Assembly (NCBI GenBank): GCA_038087875.1
Contig: JAXLNO010002386.1
Location: forward strand, 372,001 to 436,000
DNA: 64,000 nucleotides
DNA from: Malacoraja senta
Taxonomy: Eukaryota
Reading direction: 5' to 3'
Part shown: one piece after another, positions 21,470 through 32,905 of the stretch
Layout: the number at the start of each line of letters is the position of its first letter
How positions within the stretch are numbered: position 1 is the stretch's first letter
Program-made: the position numbers and the translations under genes
Notes under the pieces: model-generated
What the model was told of the DNA's origin: nothing
Databases searched by the model: none
What the model saw: only the letters and a program-made list of their open reading frames with translations

Positions 21470-21662
21470 TACGAAGGAACTGCAGATACTGGTTTAAACT
21501 GAAGATAGACACAAAAAAGCTGGAGTAACTCAGCGGGGCAGGCAGCATCTCTGGAGAGAAGAATTGAAGAAGGGTCTCAACCCGAAACGTCACCCATTCC
21601 TTCTCTCCAGAGATGCTGCCTGTCCTGCTGAGTTACTCCATCTTTTTGTGTCTATCTTCAGA
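21470..21662. repeat. Inverted pair of Penelope terminal repeats
   Basis: A minus-strand copy joins directly to a plus-strand copy (tgaagaagggtctcaacccgaaacgtcacccattcc...). The same unit forms the 3' end of the Penelope ORF at about 36720-36850. Confidence 0.85.
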
Positions 21663-22429
21663 TCGATTACAATCATGTATTGACTTTCTGCTGACTGGTT
21701 AGCACACAACAAAAGCTTTTCACTGTAAACAGCTTTCACTGTTTCACAATAAACTAAACTGAACTGAGACTATTAATACTTCATACATGTGCATAAACCT
21801 GGGCAAATGAATTTTAAAATCATTCTTGACTATAACCTGCTTATGTATTCAAGTGACAGTGGGTGCATTGATCCAATGGTTCAATGGTACTTTATTGTCG
21901 CATATACCTGGGTTCAGTGAAATTCCTTTTTGCATACAGTTCTGTCAAACATTTACAATACACAAGGACAATCATACTTTAGTACAAGACTACAGGAAAT
22001 ATAGATTACATTGAGACAATACACAAGAGTTACCACATTTCCACTAACATTTTGCATAAATCAAAACTCCAAAGTTGTAAACAATGTAGGGATTTAACTT
22101 GACCTTATAACCTATTGCTTTGGTGGCAGCACTGGTTTGGAGCTGCAGGGTTTAGCCCACATTATTTGGTATTAGTGTAAAGTTCACAATATCAGGATTA
22201 ATCTTGCATGGAACAGACACTGGTCCACGGCCCCAACTTGAATCTGATTTCATGAATTAATTGGCCATTGTACACTTGGCCAGACATTCCTTATCAAGAT
22301 TACCATAAGGGACAACCTGCCCAGCCAATATTACCTCAAAGTGACTATGAGTGTGGTGAACATGGATTGACTTGGAAAGTTTCCTGAAAGATCAGCACAC
22401 ATTGAAATGATAACGCAATCAACTGTTAT

Positions 22430-22730
22430 TCGATGCACAGAGACTTTGCCCAGAGTAGGGGAATCGAGGACCAGAGGACATAGGTTCAAGGTGAAGGGGA
22501 AAAAGATTTAATAGGAATCCGAGGGTTAACATTTTCACACAAAGGGTGGTGAGTGTATGGAACATGCTGCCAGAGGAGGTAGTTGAGGCTGGGACTATCC
22601 TATCCTTTAAGAAACAGTTAGACAATCGCAGGCTAGTGGGACCAGTGTAGCTGGGACATTGTTGGCCGGTGTGGGCGAGTTGGGCCGAAGGACCTGTTTC
22701 CAAACTGCATCACTCTATGACTCTATGATA
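22430..22730 (+). mobile_element. CR1 3' end with (ACTCTATG)n tail
   Basis: CR1 3' UTR ending gggccgaaggacctgtttcc...actctatgactctatga; this 3' motif is shared with the V-SINE tails. Confidence 0.85.
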
Positions 22731-23149
22731 TTATTAATAAAATTAATTAACGACAATCAAGTAGATTGTTTGAAGCTGTTCCCATTCCTTATGCAGATCC
22801 AAGTAACCCGATCAAGGTAAATCAATGTTAGGTGCCTGGAAGATGTGGAGTACTCAATAATCAAGATCTGGTACTTTAGTGACCTTCCTTCCATTAAAAA
22901 GTCAAAAGTGATTGTCTGTTGTTGATTGCACAATGCTCAATTTCATTTCCTCATTTATTCACTGCACCACAAGCTTTAACCAGCGACAAAACATACTGCA
23001 GATACGTGTCGTCTAGCCCATCAGAACATTCCAAACTCAACATCTCAAGCACAAGAACAACATGGTCAGCAGATGTGTGGGAACCTGACCTGGGATCCAT
23101 CCTGACTTAGAAATGAATCACCATTTGTTCATAATTGAGTTTGGTTTAG

Positions 23150-23500
23150 AGATATGTCATTCCGGCAGTTCGAAATAAACAGGTCGGGAGAGGGTAGAAG
23201 GCTGGCACAGGGGGTCAAAGAGGATGGGGTTTGTAGGATAAGGAGGACTGTGTTTTCACCGGGAGGTGAGGACTCCTTCCCGTAGAAAAAGGCTTGGAGG
23301 CGGAGGCAACTGAAGAAGATCTCTACATCATGGTGAGCCCTGAATTTGTTGAGGTGGGGGCGTAGGGATACAAAGATAAGGCCTCAGTTGACGACTGACT
23401 GTTCTGTATCAGAAGGAAGTCGGTGGGGAAGGACCCCGGAGAGCTTTACTGTATATTGTCGGGGCCAGCAGCGTAGAGGCCCAAGGCCGGAAAAGGGGCT
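23150..23500 (-). mobile_element. Penelope-like element N-terminal ORF fragment
   Basis: The minus strand reads TEQSVVN*GLIFVSLRPHLNKFRAHHDVEIFFSCLRLQAFF, resembling the conserved LSKGLxFxP...FFRRLRLRAYF block that precedes Penelope RT. Confidence 0.7.
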
Positions 23501-23749
23501 TGCAAACCATGTGTTGATGTCTTTGGCCAACTGGTGGCCGGTGAAGAGGCGAGGATCGGTGGAGTCAATGGGCCCACGAGTGGCTAGAGTACAGGTAAAT
23601 GTTGGCGGCAAACATGGCCTGGAAGCTTTGTGGGCCGATGGTGGCATGATCAACAGTGTCAGTAGGTCAGGCCTGGAAGCTCCATTAACCATTCTTCAGC
23701 CCACTTGTTGCACTGATCACAATCCAGCTGTAATATTTGATAACTATGT

Positions 23750-24640
23750 TCACTGTTTATGATACCAACTAGGTCAATGTCATCTGCAAAGTTTCTAATC
23801 ATGCCGCACATTTTCATCTAAGTCGCTTATATAAACCACAATCAGCAATGGGCCCAGCACTGAACCCTGAGGGACACCTCTATTCACAGGCCTCCAGTGT
23901 GAAAAGCAAACTTCCACTATCACCCTATGCTTCCATGAACGTAATTCTTTGTTTAGGCAGCTAGTTCTCCCTGAATTCCATGAGCTCTAATCATCCAGAG
24001 CAGCCTACCATGCAGAAACCTATCAAAGGCCTTGCTAAAGACCATATGTACAATGTCTATGACCTTATCATCATCAACCTTCTTGGTTACTTTTTCCAAA
24101 AACTACCAGATTGGTGAGGCATGATCTCCCACGTACAAAACCATGCTGACCACCCCTTGTCTCTACAAATGCATATTTACCCTATCTCTCAGAATCCTGT
24201 CCAGTAACTTACCTACCGCAGATTGTAGGCTCACTGATTTATAGTTTCTAGGCTATGCCCTGTAGTCATTCATTTGCCACCCTCCAGTTATCCGGCACCT
24301 CACCCATGTCTAACAATGATTCATATCTCTAAGTCAGGGCACTTGCAATTTTTTCTCTAGCTCCCCACAGTGTCCTCTGATATATCTGATCAGGTCTGGG
24401 TGAATTATCTACTTTCATATGTCTTAGGATGTCCAGCACATGATCGGCCATAACACGGACTGTCCTCCAGACATCTCCATTTCCTGTTGCAAGCTCCCTC
24501 ATCTTCAAATCTTTCTCCACAGTAAAAACAGGGGAGAAATACTCATTGAAAATCTTGCTCATATCATGCAGCTCCTCACAGAAATGACAGCTTTTATATT
24601 CTGAGTGGATTTATTCTTTATCAAGTTACCCTCATTCATT
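23750..24640 (-). mobile_element. Degenerate CR1 RT-region fragment
   Basis: ORF 24329-24562(-) reads FNEYFSPVFT...MKVDNSPRPDQIYQRTLWGAREKIASAL (SPGPD block), with further RT remnants to the left. Confidence 0.8.
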
Positions 24641-25377
24641 TAATATAGGAGCGAAGAAGACTGTAAAAACTTGTGAACACTGCCCAGTCCATCACCGGTT
24701 CTAACCTCCCCACCATCGAAGGAAGCTCAAAAAGACAGCAAGGATCATCAGAGACCCACACCACCCTGGCCACACACTTATTTCACCCCTGCCATAGGGT
24801 AGACGGTACAGGAGCCTGAAAATTGTAACGTCAGGTTCAGCAATAACTTCTACCCTACAGCCTTTAGGCTATTAAACACTGCAGCCTTAAACAAGCTCTT
24901 AACTACATAGACTATTATTGTTATTGTTGCACCATTATTGTTTGTTTTTTGTGTGTACATATATATATATACGAATATGGTCTCTATATATGTGTATTTG
25001 TGAGTATGTGTATATATACACACCCAGATATTTTTATTTCTTGTTTCTTATATTGTTTAGAATGTACTAGGTTTACATATTCTGTTGTGCTGCTGCAAGT
25101 AAGAATGTCATTGTTCTATCTAGGACATCTCTATATAACTAAAAGTCTTTGGCTTGTTTGTGCCCACGATGTGTCTCTGTGTGTGTCAATCTCGTTCATT
25201 CCAATCTTCTTCCTGATGCTAGGCCACAGCCTTCCTATTTTCACACATCTTACTCACATTTTTCCCGTGGTGGCGATAAACATCTTCCCGTCACATTTCC
25301 AGCTATATTTCCAAAGTTATTAATCGTTAAATTTTAAAAGTCTTATTTCTTCAAACACTTCCATTTTGGAAACAAAA

Positions 25378-25676
25378 TCCGAGTGACTTCACAATGCACT
25401 CGCAAGGCAGGACAGGGCCACTCAAGGAGGGACGGACACTCCAGTGCTCCAACCCTCCTTCCCCCCTCCCCCCTCCCCACCCCCTCCAGTGCACCAATCA
25501 CAATGGGCTCTCAAGGTGCCGAGTGCCACACCCCCTGCCCCCTCCCCCCCTCCCCCCCACCGGGTTATTCATGATTAAAGGTTTTTTTAAAGCCAAACGG
25601 TTTACGTTGGGGGAACGGGTGAGTGCTGGAATATTGCGTTGGGGGAGCAGACCCAACGGGTCTGCAATTGGTCTGG
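25378..25676 (+). mobile_element. Helitron-like non-autonomous element
   Basis: GC-rich 8-bp-stem hairpin GCAGACCC-AAC-GGGTCTGC (25647-25665), a 7-nt spacer, then CTGG (CTRR) followed by T. A possible A|TC 5' end lies at 25378. Confidence 0.5.
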
Positions 25677-26644
25677 TATGACAATGAAACAATATTGATT
25701 CTTGAATGTACATAAAGTATCTTTGGATTCTTCTTTGTGTGACACCAAAATTGATAAGTATATTAGGTAATGAAAATTGTTGTCTAAGATTACAAAATAA
25801 TGTTGATCAACCGGAAAGGTATGGAGGTGAGGGGATGGGAGGTGAGGGAGGGAAGGAATGCCAGTTGAAATCTAACTTAAACAAGTGTGATTTGATGCAT
25901 TTTGGGAAGTCAAATCAGGGCTGGCCAAATCTATTGCAGGATTGTAAATGGAGCTGTACCTTGGTGTACAATTACATAGTTCCCTGAAAATGGCATCATA
26001 GCTTGATAGGGTAGTGAAGGAAATATATGTCTGAAGAATCGCCTCAACCCAAAACGTCACCCATTCCTTCTCTCCGGAAATATTGCTGCTGAGTCTCTAT
26101 AGCTTTTTGTGTCTATCTTCGGTTTAAATTAGCATCTGCTGTTCATTCCTACGCAGAGTATATGTTATGCCTTGTTCCTCAGCCATGGTACTGAGGACTA
26201 GGGTTGGGGTGTCATGTTACAGTTGTACAGAATGTTGAACAGGCAACCATTAATCTGTCCAGGGGCTCAGCTGATTTGTTGCACAATAGACTCTAATCCA
26301 AGGTCTGAACTCTGAAAAGAAAATCAAGAAATTCAAGTTGCCACTCATCCATGGACTGAATAACAAAACACATCTTAGTTTTGCTTAGTCTGAAGAAGGG
26401 TTTCGGCTCGAAACATTGCCTATTTCCTTCGCTCCATAGATGCTGCTGCACACGCTGAGTTTCTCCAGCATTTTTGTGTACCTTAGTTTTGCTTATCTGG
26501 CTTGAGAACTCTTAACTTTGATCTATTTTGCTTCATAGTGTAGTCCATTTATAAACTGGCCATCCCCAGACATCCTGTGTCCACACTGTTTCCCAAGGGC
26601 ACCTCACCTATTTTCAGCTCTGCTCTCAACAAGTATCAATCACA

Positions 26645-26790
26645 TTATCCCTCTCTCTATCTATCATCTCTCTCCATCTCACTATCTCTCTCTCTCTCTC
26701 TCTCTCTCTATCTCCCTATCTCTCTCCATCTATTTATCTCTCCATCTCTCATCCCCCAGCTCTATCTCTCTTTCCTTCATCTCTTTCATT
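26645..26790. repeat. CT-rich microsatellite/low-complexity tract
   Basis: (ct)n and (ctat/ccat)n runs. Confidence 0.9.
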
Positions 26791-27029
26791 TCTGCAAATT
26801 GAAATCATTAATCAGTCTGAGATCACTGTGTGTGACTGAATGACATCAGAGCATCAGTCCCTGAGGCATACCACTGGTCACAGGCTTCCTATGTAAAAAA
26901 AACAACCTTCCACTACTATTCTCTGACTCCTACCACCAAGCCAACTTTGTGTCCAATTGACTAGCTCACCCTGGATCCCATGTTTTCCAACCTAATGGAC
27001 CAGCCACCCATGTGGGGCCTTGCTGAAGG

Positions 27030-27340
27030 ATGGCATGGTGGCATAGTCGTAAGGCTACTGCTTTACAGTGCCAGAGATCTGGGTTCAATCCTGACTACAA
27101 GTGCTTTTCTATATGGAGTTTGTACGTTCTCCCCGTGACCTGCGTAGGTTTTCTCCAAGATCTTCGGTTTCCTCCCATACTCCAAAGACGTACAGGTTTG
27201 TACGTTAATTAGCTTGGTATAAAAGGTAAAATTACCCCTAGTGTGTGTAGGGTAGCGTTAAAATGCGGGGATCACTGGTCGGTGCAGACACGGTGGGCTG
27301 TAGGGTCTGTTTCCTCACTGTATCTCTAAACTAAACTAAA
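27030..27340 (+). mobile_element. V-domain SINE (HE1-like), near full length
   Basis: tRNA-like head (tggcatggtggcatag...ggttcaatcc), V core and (ctaaa)n tail. Confidence 0.85.
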
Positions 27341-27583
27341 CATAGACAACATCTGTCATCCAGTCACACATTGGGCAATTTACAGAATTCAATTAACCAA
27401 CCAACTCGCATGTCTTTGAGATATAGGAGGAACGGAGCATTTGGTGGAGATCCACGTGTCATAGGGAGAACAAGAAAATGATACACGCTGTACCCGAGAT
27501 CAGGATTGAATCCAAGTTGCTGTAGCAGAGGGGCACCAATTCTGCCAGTTGCCTCAATGTACTGCCTTTTAAAAAGAAAATTC

Positions 27584-27902
27584 AAAGCCTGTCCCACTGT
27601 ACGAGGTAATTCAAGAGCTGTCCCGAGTAAAAAAAAAAATTAAACTCGTGGTAAGCACGTAGAATGTACGTAGCGGGTACGTCGGAGCTCGGGAAGTCTC
27701 CTAGCGGCTCGTAACGCTAACGGCAGGTACTCGGGAAACGCGGTAAGCTCGTGAAGACTCGTGAAGATTTTTTAACATGTTGAAAAAAGTCCACGAGAGC
27801 CCAAAGTACCTACGACCGGCAATTACCGTAATTCTCCGAGTTCAAATCAGGGGAAACTCGGGAGAACTCTTGAATTAGCTCGTACAGTGTGACAAGGCCT
27901 TT
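27584..27902. mobile_element. MITE-like non-autonomous DNA transposon (possibly PIF/Harbinger type)
   Basis: About 40-bp imperfect terminal inverted repeats (gcctgtcccactgtacgaggtaattcaagagc ... ctcttgaattagctcgtacagtgtgacaaggc) with no ORF. The superfamily is a guess from the termini. Confidence 0.7.
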
Positions 27903-27944
27903 AAGCTGTGTCTGCGTTGTCCAAGCAAACACTCTCAGGGCAGA

Positions 27945-28252
27945 ATTAGTTTAGTTTAGTTTAGAGATACAGCATGGAAACAGGCCTTTCGGCCTACCAA
28001 GTTTGCGAAGACCAATGATCCCTTTACATTGGCACTATCCTACACACACTAGGTACAAATTACAATTTACAAACCAATTAACCTACAAACCTGTATGTCT
28101 TTGGAGTGTGGGAGGAAACTGGAGCACCCGGAGAAAACCCATGCGTTCACCCAACATACAAACACCGTGCAGACCGCACCCATAGTCAGGATCGAACCCT
28201 GGTGTCTGTTGCTATAAGGCAGCAATTCTACCGCTGCGTCACCCTGCCGCCC
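27945..28252 (-). mobile_element. V-domain SINE (HE1-like)
   Basis: (tttag)n tail, V core and tRNA-like head on the minus strand. Confidence 0.85.
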
Positions 28253-28757
28253 CTAAGTATAGATATAGGGAAAGATACAGCAGCCTGAAAACCGTGACAA
28301 CCAGATTCAAGAACAGCCTCTTCTCAGCACACATCAGGCTCTTCAACACCACACAAAACTAACTTCAGCATCTATGATCATCTACGGACTGTCTTTGAAT
28401 GTACTATGAATTTAGTTTTTTGCACTATTATGATAGTCCAGTATTACAGTTATTAATTTATTGTTTTATTGGTTGTTTTATATTATCTCTGTGTTATTGC
28501 AGTTACATGCAGGTGAAGCTGCAGCAAGTCAGAATTTTGTTGTTCTATTGTTGATACATATGACAATTAAACGACTCTTACCTCGCATTTGATTTTGGGT
28601 AAAGTCACTCCATATTACCCCCACCATACACTCAGGAAAGTACAAGGAACAAGTACATGTTTAAGAAAGAACTGCAGATGCTGTAAAAATCCAAGGTAGA
28701 CAAAAATGCTGGAGAAACTCAGCGGTGAGGCAGCATCTATGGAGCAAAGGAATAGGT

Positions 28758-28785
28758 GACGTTTTGGGTCGAGACCCTTCTTCAG
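28758..28785 (-). ncRNA. Degenerate minimal hammerhead ribozyme motif in a Penelope terminal repeat
   Basis: The minus strand reads CUGAAGA-A-GGGUC-UC-GACCC-AAAAC-GUC, one change (G12 to A, at a CpG) from the repeat consensus CUGAAGAAGGGUCUCGACCCGAAACGUC. Confidence 0.6.
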
Positions 28786-28825
28786 ACTGATATGGGGGTG
28801 GGGGGCGGGAAGAAGAAAGGAAGAG

Positions 28826-29200
28826 GTGGAGATGGGGTTGGACAGGCTAGATGCAGGAAGATTGTTCCCGATGTTGGGGAAGTCCAGGACAAGGGGTCAC
28901 AGCTTAAGGATAAGGGGGAAATCCTTTAAGACCGAGATGAGGAAAAACGTTTTCACACAGAGAGTGGTGAATCTCTGGAACTCTCTGCCACAGAGGGTAG
29001 TTGAGGCCAGTTCATTGGCTATATTTAAGAGGGAGTTAGATGTGGCCCTTGTGGCTAAGGGGATCAGGGGGTATGGAGAGAAGGCAGGTACGGGATACTG
29101 AGTTGGATGATCAGCCATGATCATATTGAATGGCGGTGCAGGCTCGAAGGGCCGAATGGCCTACTCCTGCACCTATTTTCTATGTATCTATGTATCTATG
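28826..29200 (+). mobile_element. Young CR1 3' fragment
   Basis: ORF 28826-29101 (LDRLDAGRLFPMLGKSRTRGHSLRIRG...) is closely similar to the copy at 62870-63340. Confidence 0.9.
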
Positions 29201-30066
29201 AGGTAGTAGGCTGTGGGAGAGCTTCGAAGGGGAGGGGAAGGAGGGAGAAAGCAAAGACGACCTGAAAATGGAGGTCAATGTTCATACCGTTGGGGTGTAA
29301 ACTACCCAAGCGAAAAATGATATGCTGCTCCTCCAATTTGCGGAGGGTCTTACTCTGGCCGTGGAGGAGACCCAGGACAGAAAGGTCGGATTCTGAATGG
29401 GAGGGGGAGTTGAAGTGCTGAGCCACCGGGAGATCAGGTTGGTTAATGCGGACTGAGAGGAGGTGTTGGGCGAAGCGATCACCAAGCCTGCGCTTGGTCT
29501 CACCGATGTAGAGCAGTTGACACCTAGAGCAGCGGATGCAATAGATGATGTTGGAGGAGGGGCAGGTGAACCTCTGCCTCACTTGGAAAGACTGCTTAGA
29601 CCCTTGGATGGAGTCAAGGGGGGAGATAAAGCGACAAGTGTAGCATTTCCTGCGGTTGCAAGGGAAAGTGCCAGGGGAGGGGAAGGTTAGGGAATGGGGC
29701 TTCTTCTCTTCGACTATAGATGAGGCTCTCACCAGGGTCTCTTCTATATCTCGTTGCTCCGCTCTCACTCCCCATCTCCCCACTCGTGACAAGTCCCCCT
29801 TGTCCTCACATTACACCCTACCAGCCGTCACATACAACAGATAATCCTCCGACATATTCGCCACCTCCAACGGGATCCCATCACTGGCCACATCTTCTCA
29901 TCTTCTCCCCTTTCAGCTTTCTGCAGAGACTGCTCCCTCTGTAACTCCCTGGTCAATTTGTCCCTTCCCACCCAAACCACCCCCTCCCCTGGTACTTTCC
30001 CTTGCAACCGCAGGAAATGCTACACTTGTCGCTTTACCTCCCCCCTTGACTCCATCCAAGGACCTA
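29200..30066. mobile_element. Penelope-like element fragment with internal inversion (GIY-YIG endonuclease region)
   Basis: 29200-29690(-) encodes NIIYCIRCSRCQLLYIGETKRRLGDRFAQH. 29715-30066(+) carries the upstream part, and the two arms share an 81-bp inverted overlap. Confidence 0.9.
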
Positions 30067-30879
30067 GGCATGCCATGCTATCCAAACAGATTAGATATAC
30101 TATACATAGATATAATCAATTAAAAGGGGAATAATATCATGCAGCATAATGATCTCAGCATTGTAGCGCATCAGTTCCAGTGAGAAAGACCAATGATCTC
30201 GGTGGATAGACATAAATCATACTTACCATAACCTACAGAAAAACTGTTCAGAAGCCTGATAACAGAGGGGAAGAAGCTGTCGCTGAGGCTGGTGGTACGT
30301 GCCTTCAATCTTCTGCACCTGCCAGACGGGAGCCAAACCTATCCATGCCTTTCATAATTTTACATACTTCTATCAGGGCTCCCCTCAACTAATTGGAGCA
30401 GGAAACCAATGTAAGGACTCAGTTTTGGAAATGATACAAAAATAGATGAAATGGCACGGTTTAATGAGGAAAGTATGATTTTACAACAGGATATAGATAG
30501 CTTGAGTGATTAGTCAAAACCTGGCTAATGTGTTTAATGTGGGAAACTGTGAGGTCATGCTGAAGATAGACACAAAATGCTGGAGTAACTCAGTGGGACA
30601 AGCAGCATCTCTAGATAGAAGGAATGGGTGACGTTTCAGGTCGAGACCCATTTTCGGACTGCAGAACTCTCGTTGGAGAGAGGAGGAGAACTTCTTCAAA
30701 GTAGGCATACCTTGAGGAGATTTCTCAGTGGAGCAGCCAAATTGTGTAGGAAGGAACTGCAAATGCTGCTTCACACTGAAGATAGACACAAAATGCTGGA
30801 GTAACTTAGCAGGACAAGCAGCATCTCTAAGTAGAATTGGTGATGTTTCGAGTCATGCTCTTTGGCATGAGGAATCAAG

Positions 30880-31390
30880 TCAGCTTGCCCCAATCAGTAT
30901 CAATGGTGCCAAAGTAGAAATGGTTGAGAGCTTCAAATTCTTTGGTGTAAATATTACCAATGAACCTTAATGGACCAACCACATTGAAGGGACAGCCAAG
31001 AAGGCACACCAATGCCTCCATTACCTCAGACGACTGAGGAAATTTGGTATGTGTCCAATGACTCTTACCAACTTCCATAGATGCACCATAGAAAGCATAC
31101 TATCAGGTTACGTCACAGCTTGTTTTCAGAGTAGCTTTGCCCAAGACCACAAGATATTGCAGAGAGGTGTGGATGTAGCACAGTCCATCACACAGACCAG
31201 ACTGCCCATCATTGTCTCCATTTACACTTCCTGCCTCTTCAGGAAGACAGCCAACATTGTCAAAGAACTTTCTCACACTAGTGATTCCTTTTTTCTCCAC
31301 TTCCATCAGGCAGAAGATGCAGAGCTTAAAGGTGTAGAGCACCAGACACAGGAACAGCTTCCTCTACTCTGTTATCAGGCTTTTGAATGT
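30880..31390 (+). mobile_element. Rex1/Babar-type LINE 3' fragment
   Basis: KVEMVESFKFFG...AKKAHQCLHYLRRLRKF...NFHRCTIESILSG motifs. Confidence 0.85.
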
Positions 31391-32364
31391 TCCATGTGCT
31401 AGGACCCATTCCCAATTCTCCTTTACCTCAATATGGCCATTGGATTTTGTCTCTGGAACTGTTGTACAATAATGTTGAGAGCTATATTCTTCACTCTGCA
31501 TCTTATCCTTCAGTCTGCCTATTGTACTTGCGTTTGGCTTGATAGTATTTATGTATACAACAGCAAACACAATGCTTTTCACCGTACCTTGGTACACATC
31601 ACAATACCAAACCTAAAGCTAAACCTTAAATGGTGGATTATTGTCTAAATGGAGAGAGACTGTAACTGAGTGAAGTTCAGATGGGATCTTGGTATTCAAG
31701 TGCATGCATCAAATTAAGTTAGTAGCAGGCCCAGTAACCAATGGAAAAAATGCAGTCTTTACTGCAAAGGGGATGGAATTTAAGAACAGGGAAGTTATAT
31801 TGGAATTATGCAGGATGATAGTGAGTCAATAACTGGAAAACCGCACACAGTTTAACATTAAAAAGGGTATAGGAGCATTGGATGCAGACCAGGTGAAATT
31901 CACCAAACTAAGTCAAGAGATGAAAAGGTTGTCCCATCAAGAGCGGTAAACACTTTAGGTCTCCATTCCTTGGAGTGTAGAAAGTGATGAGTGACCTTAT
32001 TCACACATGCAATATCTTAAGGGGCTTTTCATGATAGATGTTGATATGTTTCACTGGTGGGAAAGTCTAAAAACAATGGGAAACAACTACAGAATAAGGG
32101 ACCAGTTGTTTAAAACTGAGGTACATAAAAATTACTTCTTTCAGAAGGGTGTGAATCGCTGGAATTCTGTGCCCAGAGGTGGTGGTGGCTAAGGCATTAG
32201 ATATGCTTATGAACAGATAGAGAAAGCTTTGAAAGATTCAGGCAATTGAGGGTTTTGGGGTAATGGAACAGAGGAGGAGTAGTCCACTCCTGCTATTCTT
32301 ACTTGTGTGTTGACGATTACCCTCATGAATAAAGTTAGACATGCAACCAACATTTCAATGAGAG

Positions 32365-32905
32365 GGGCCTCAGAGTGGCACAGCAGTGGAGTTACTTCCT
32401 TGCAGTACCTGTGACTCAGGTTTGATCCTGACTAAGGGTGCTGTCTGTACCAACTTTGTATGTTCTCTCTGTGACTGCATGGGTTTTCCCCTGGTGCTTC
32501 GGTTTTCTCCCAGTTCCAAAGACCTGCAGGTTTATAGGTTAATTGGCATCTGTAAATTGTCCCATGTGTATAGGATAGAACTGTGTAGGCAGCACGGTGA
32601 TGCAAAGGGGTGGCGCGGAGTAGCAGCGGTAGAGTTGCTACCTTGCAGTGGCAGAGACCCAGGTTTGATCCTGACCATGGGTGCCGTATGTATGGATTTT
32701 TTAACGTTCTCCCCGTGACCTGTGTGGGTTTTCTCTGGGGGTTCCAGCTTCCTCCCACTCTCCAAAGACATGCAGGTTTGCAGGTTAATTGGCCCCAGGT
32801 GTGTGTAGGATAGTGTTAGTGTGGGGGGGTCACTGGTCAGCACAGACTCAGTGGGCCTAAGGGCCTGTTTCAAGGCTGTACCTCTAAACCAAACTAATCT
32901 AAGGA
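32365..32905 (+). mobile_element. Two tandem V-domain SINEs
   Basis: Two tRNA-head plus V-core units, starting at about 32365 and about 32590. Confidence 0.8.

Noticed and set aside
27030-27110. tRNA-like sequences as tRNA genes
   Set aside because: They are SINE heads continuous with the V core and tail, and do not form complete cloverleaves.
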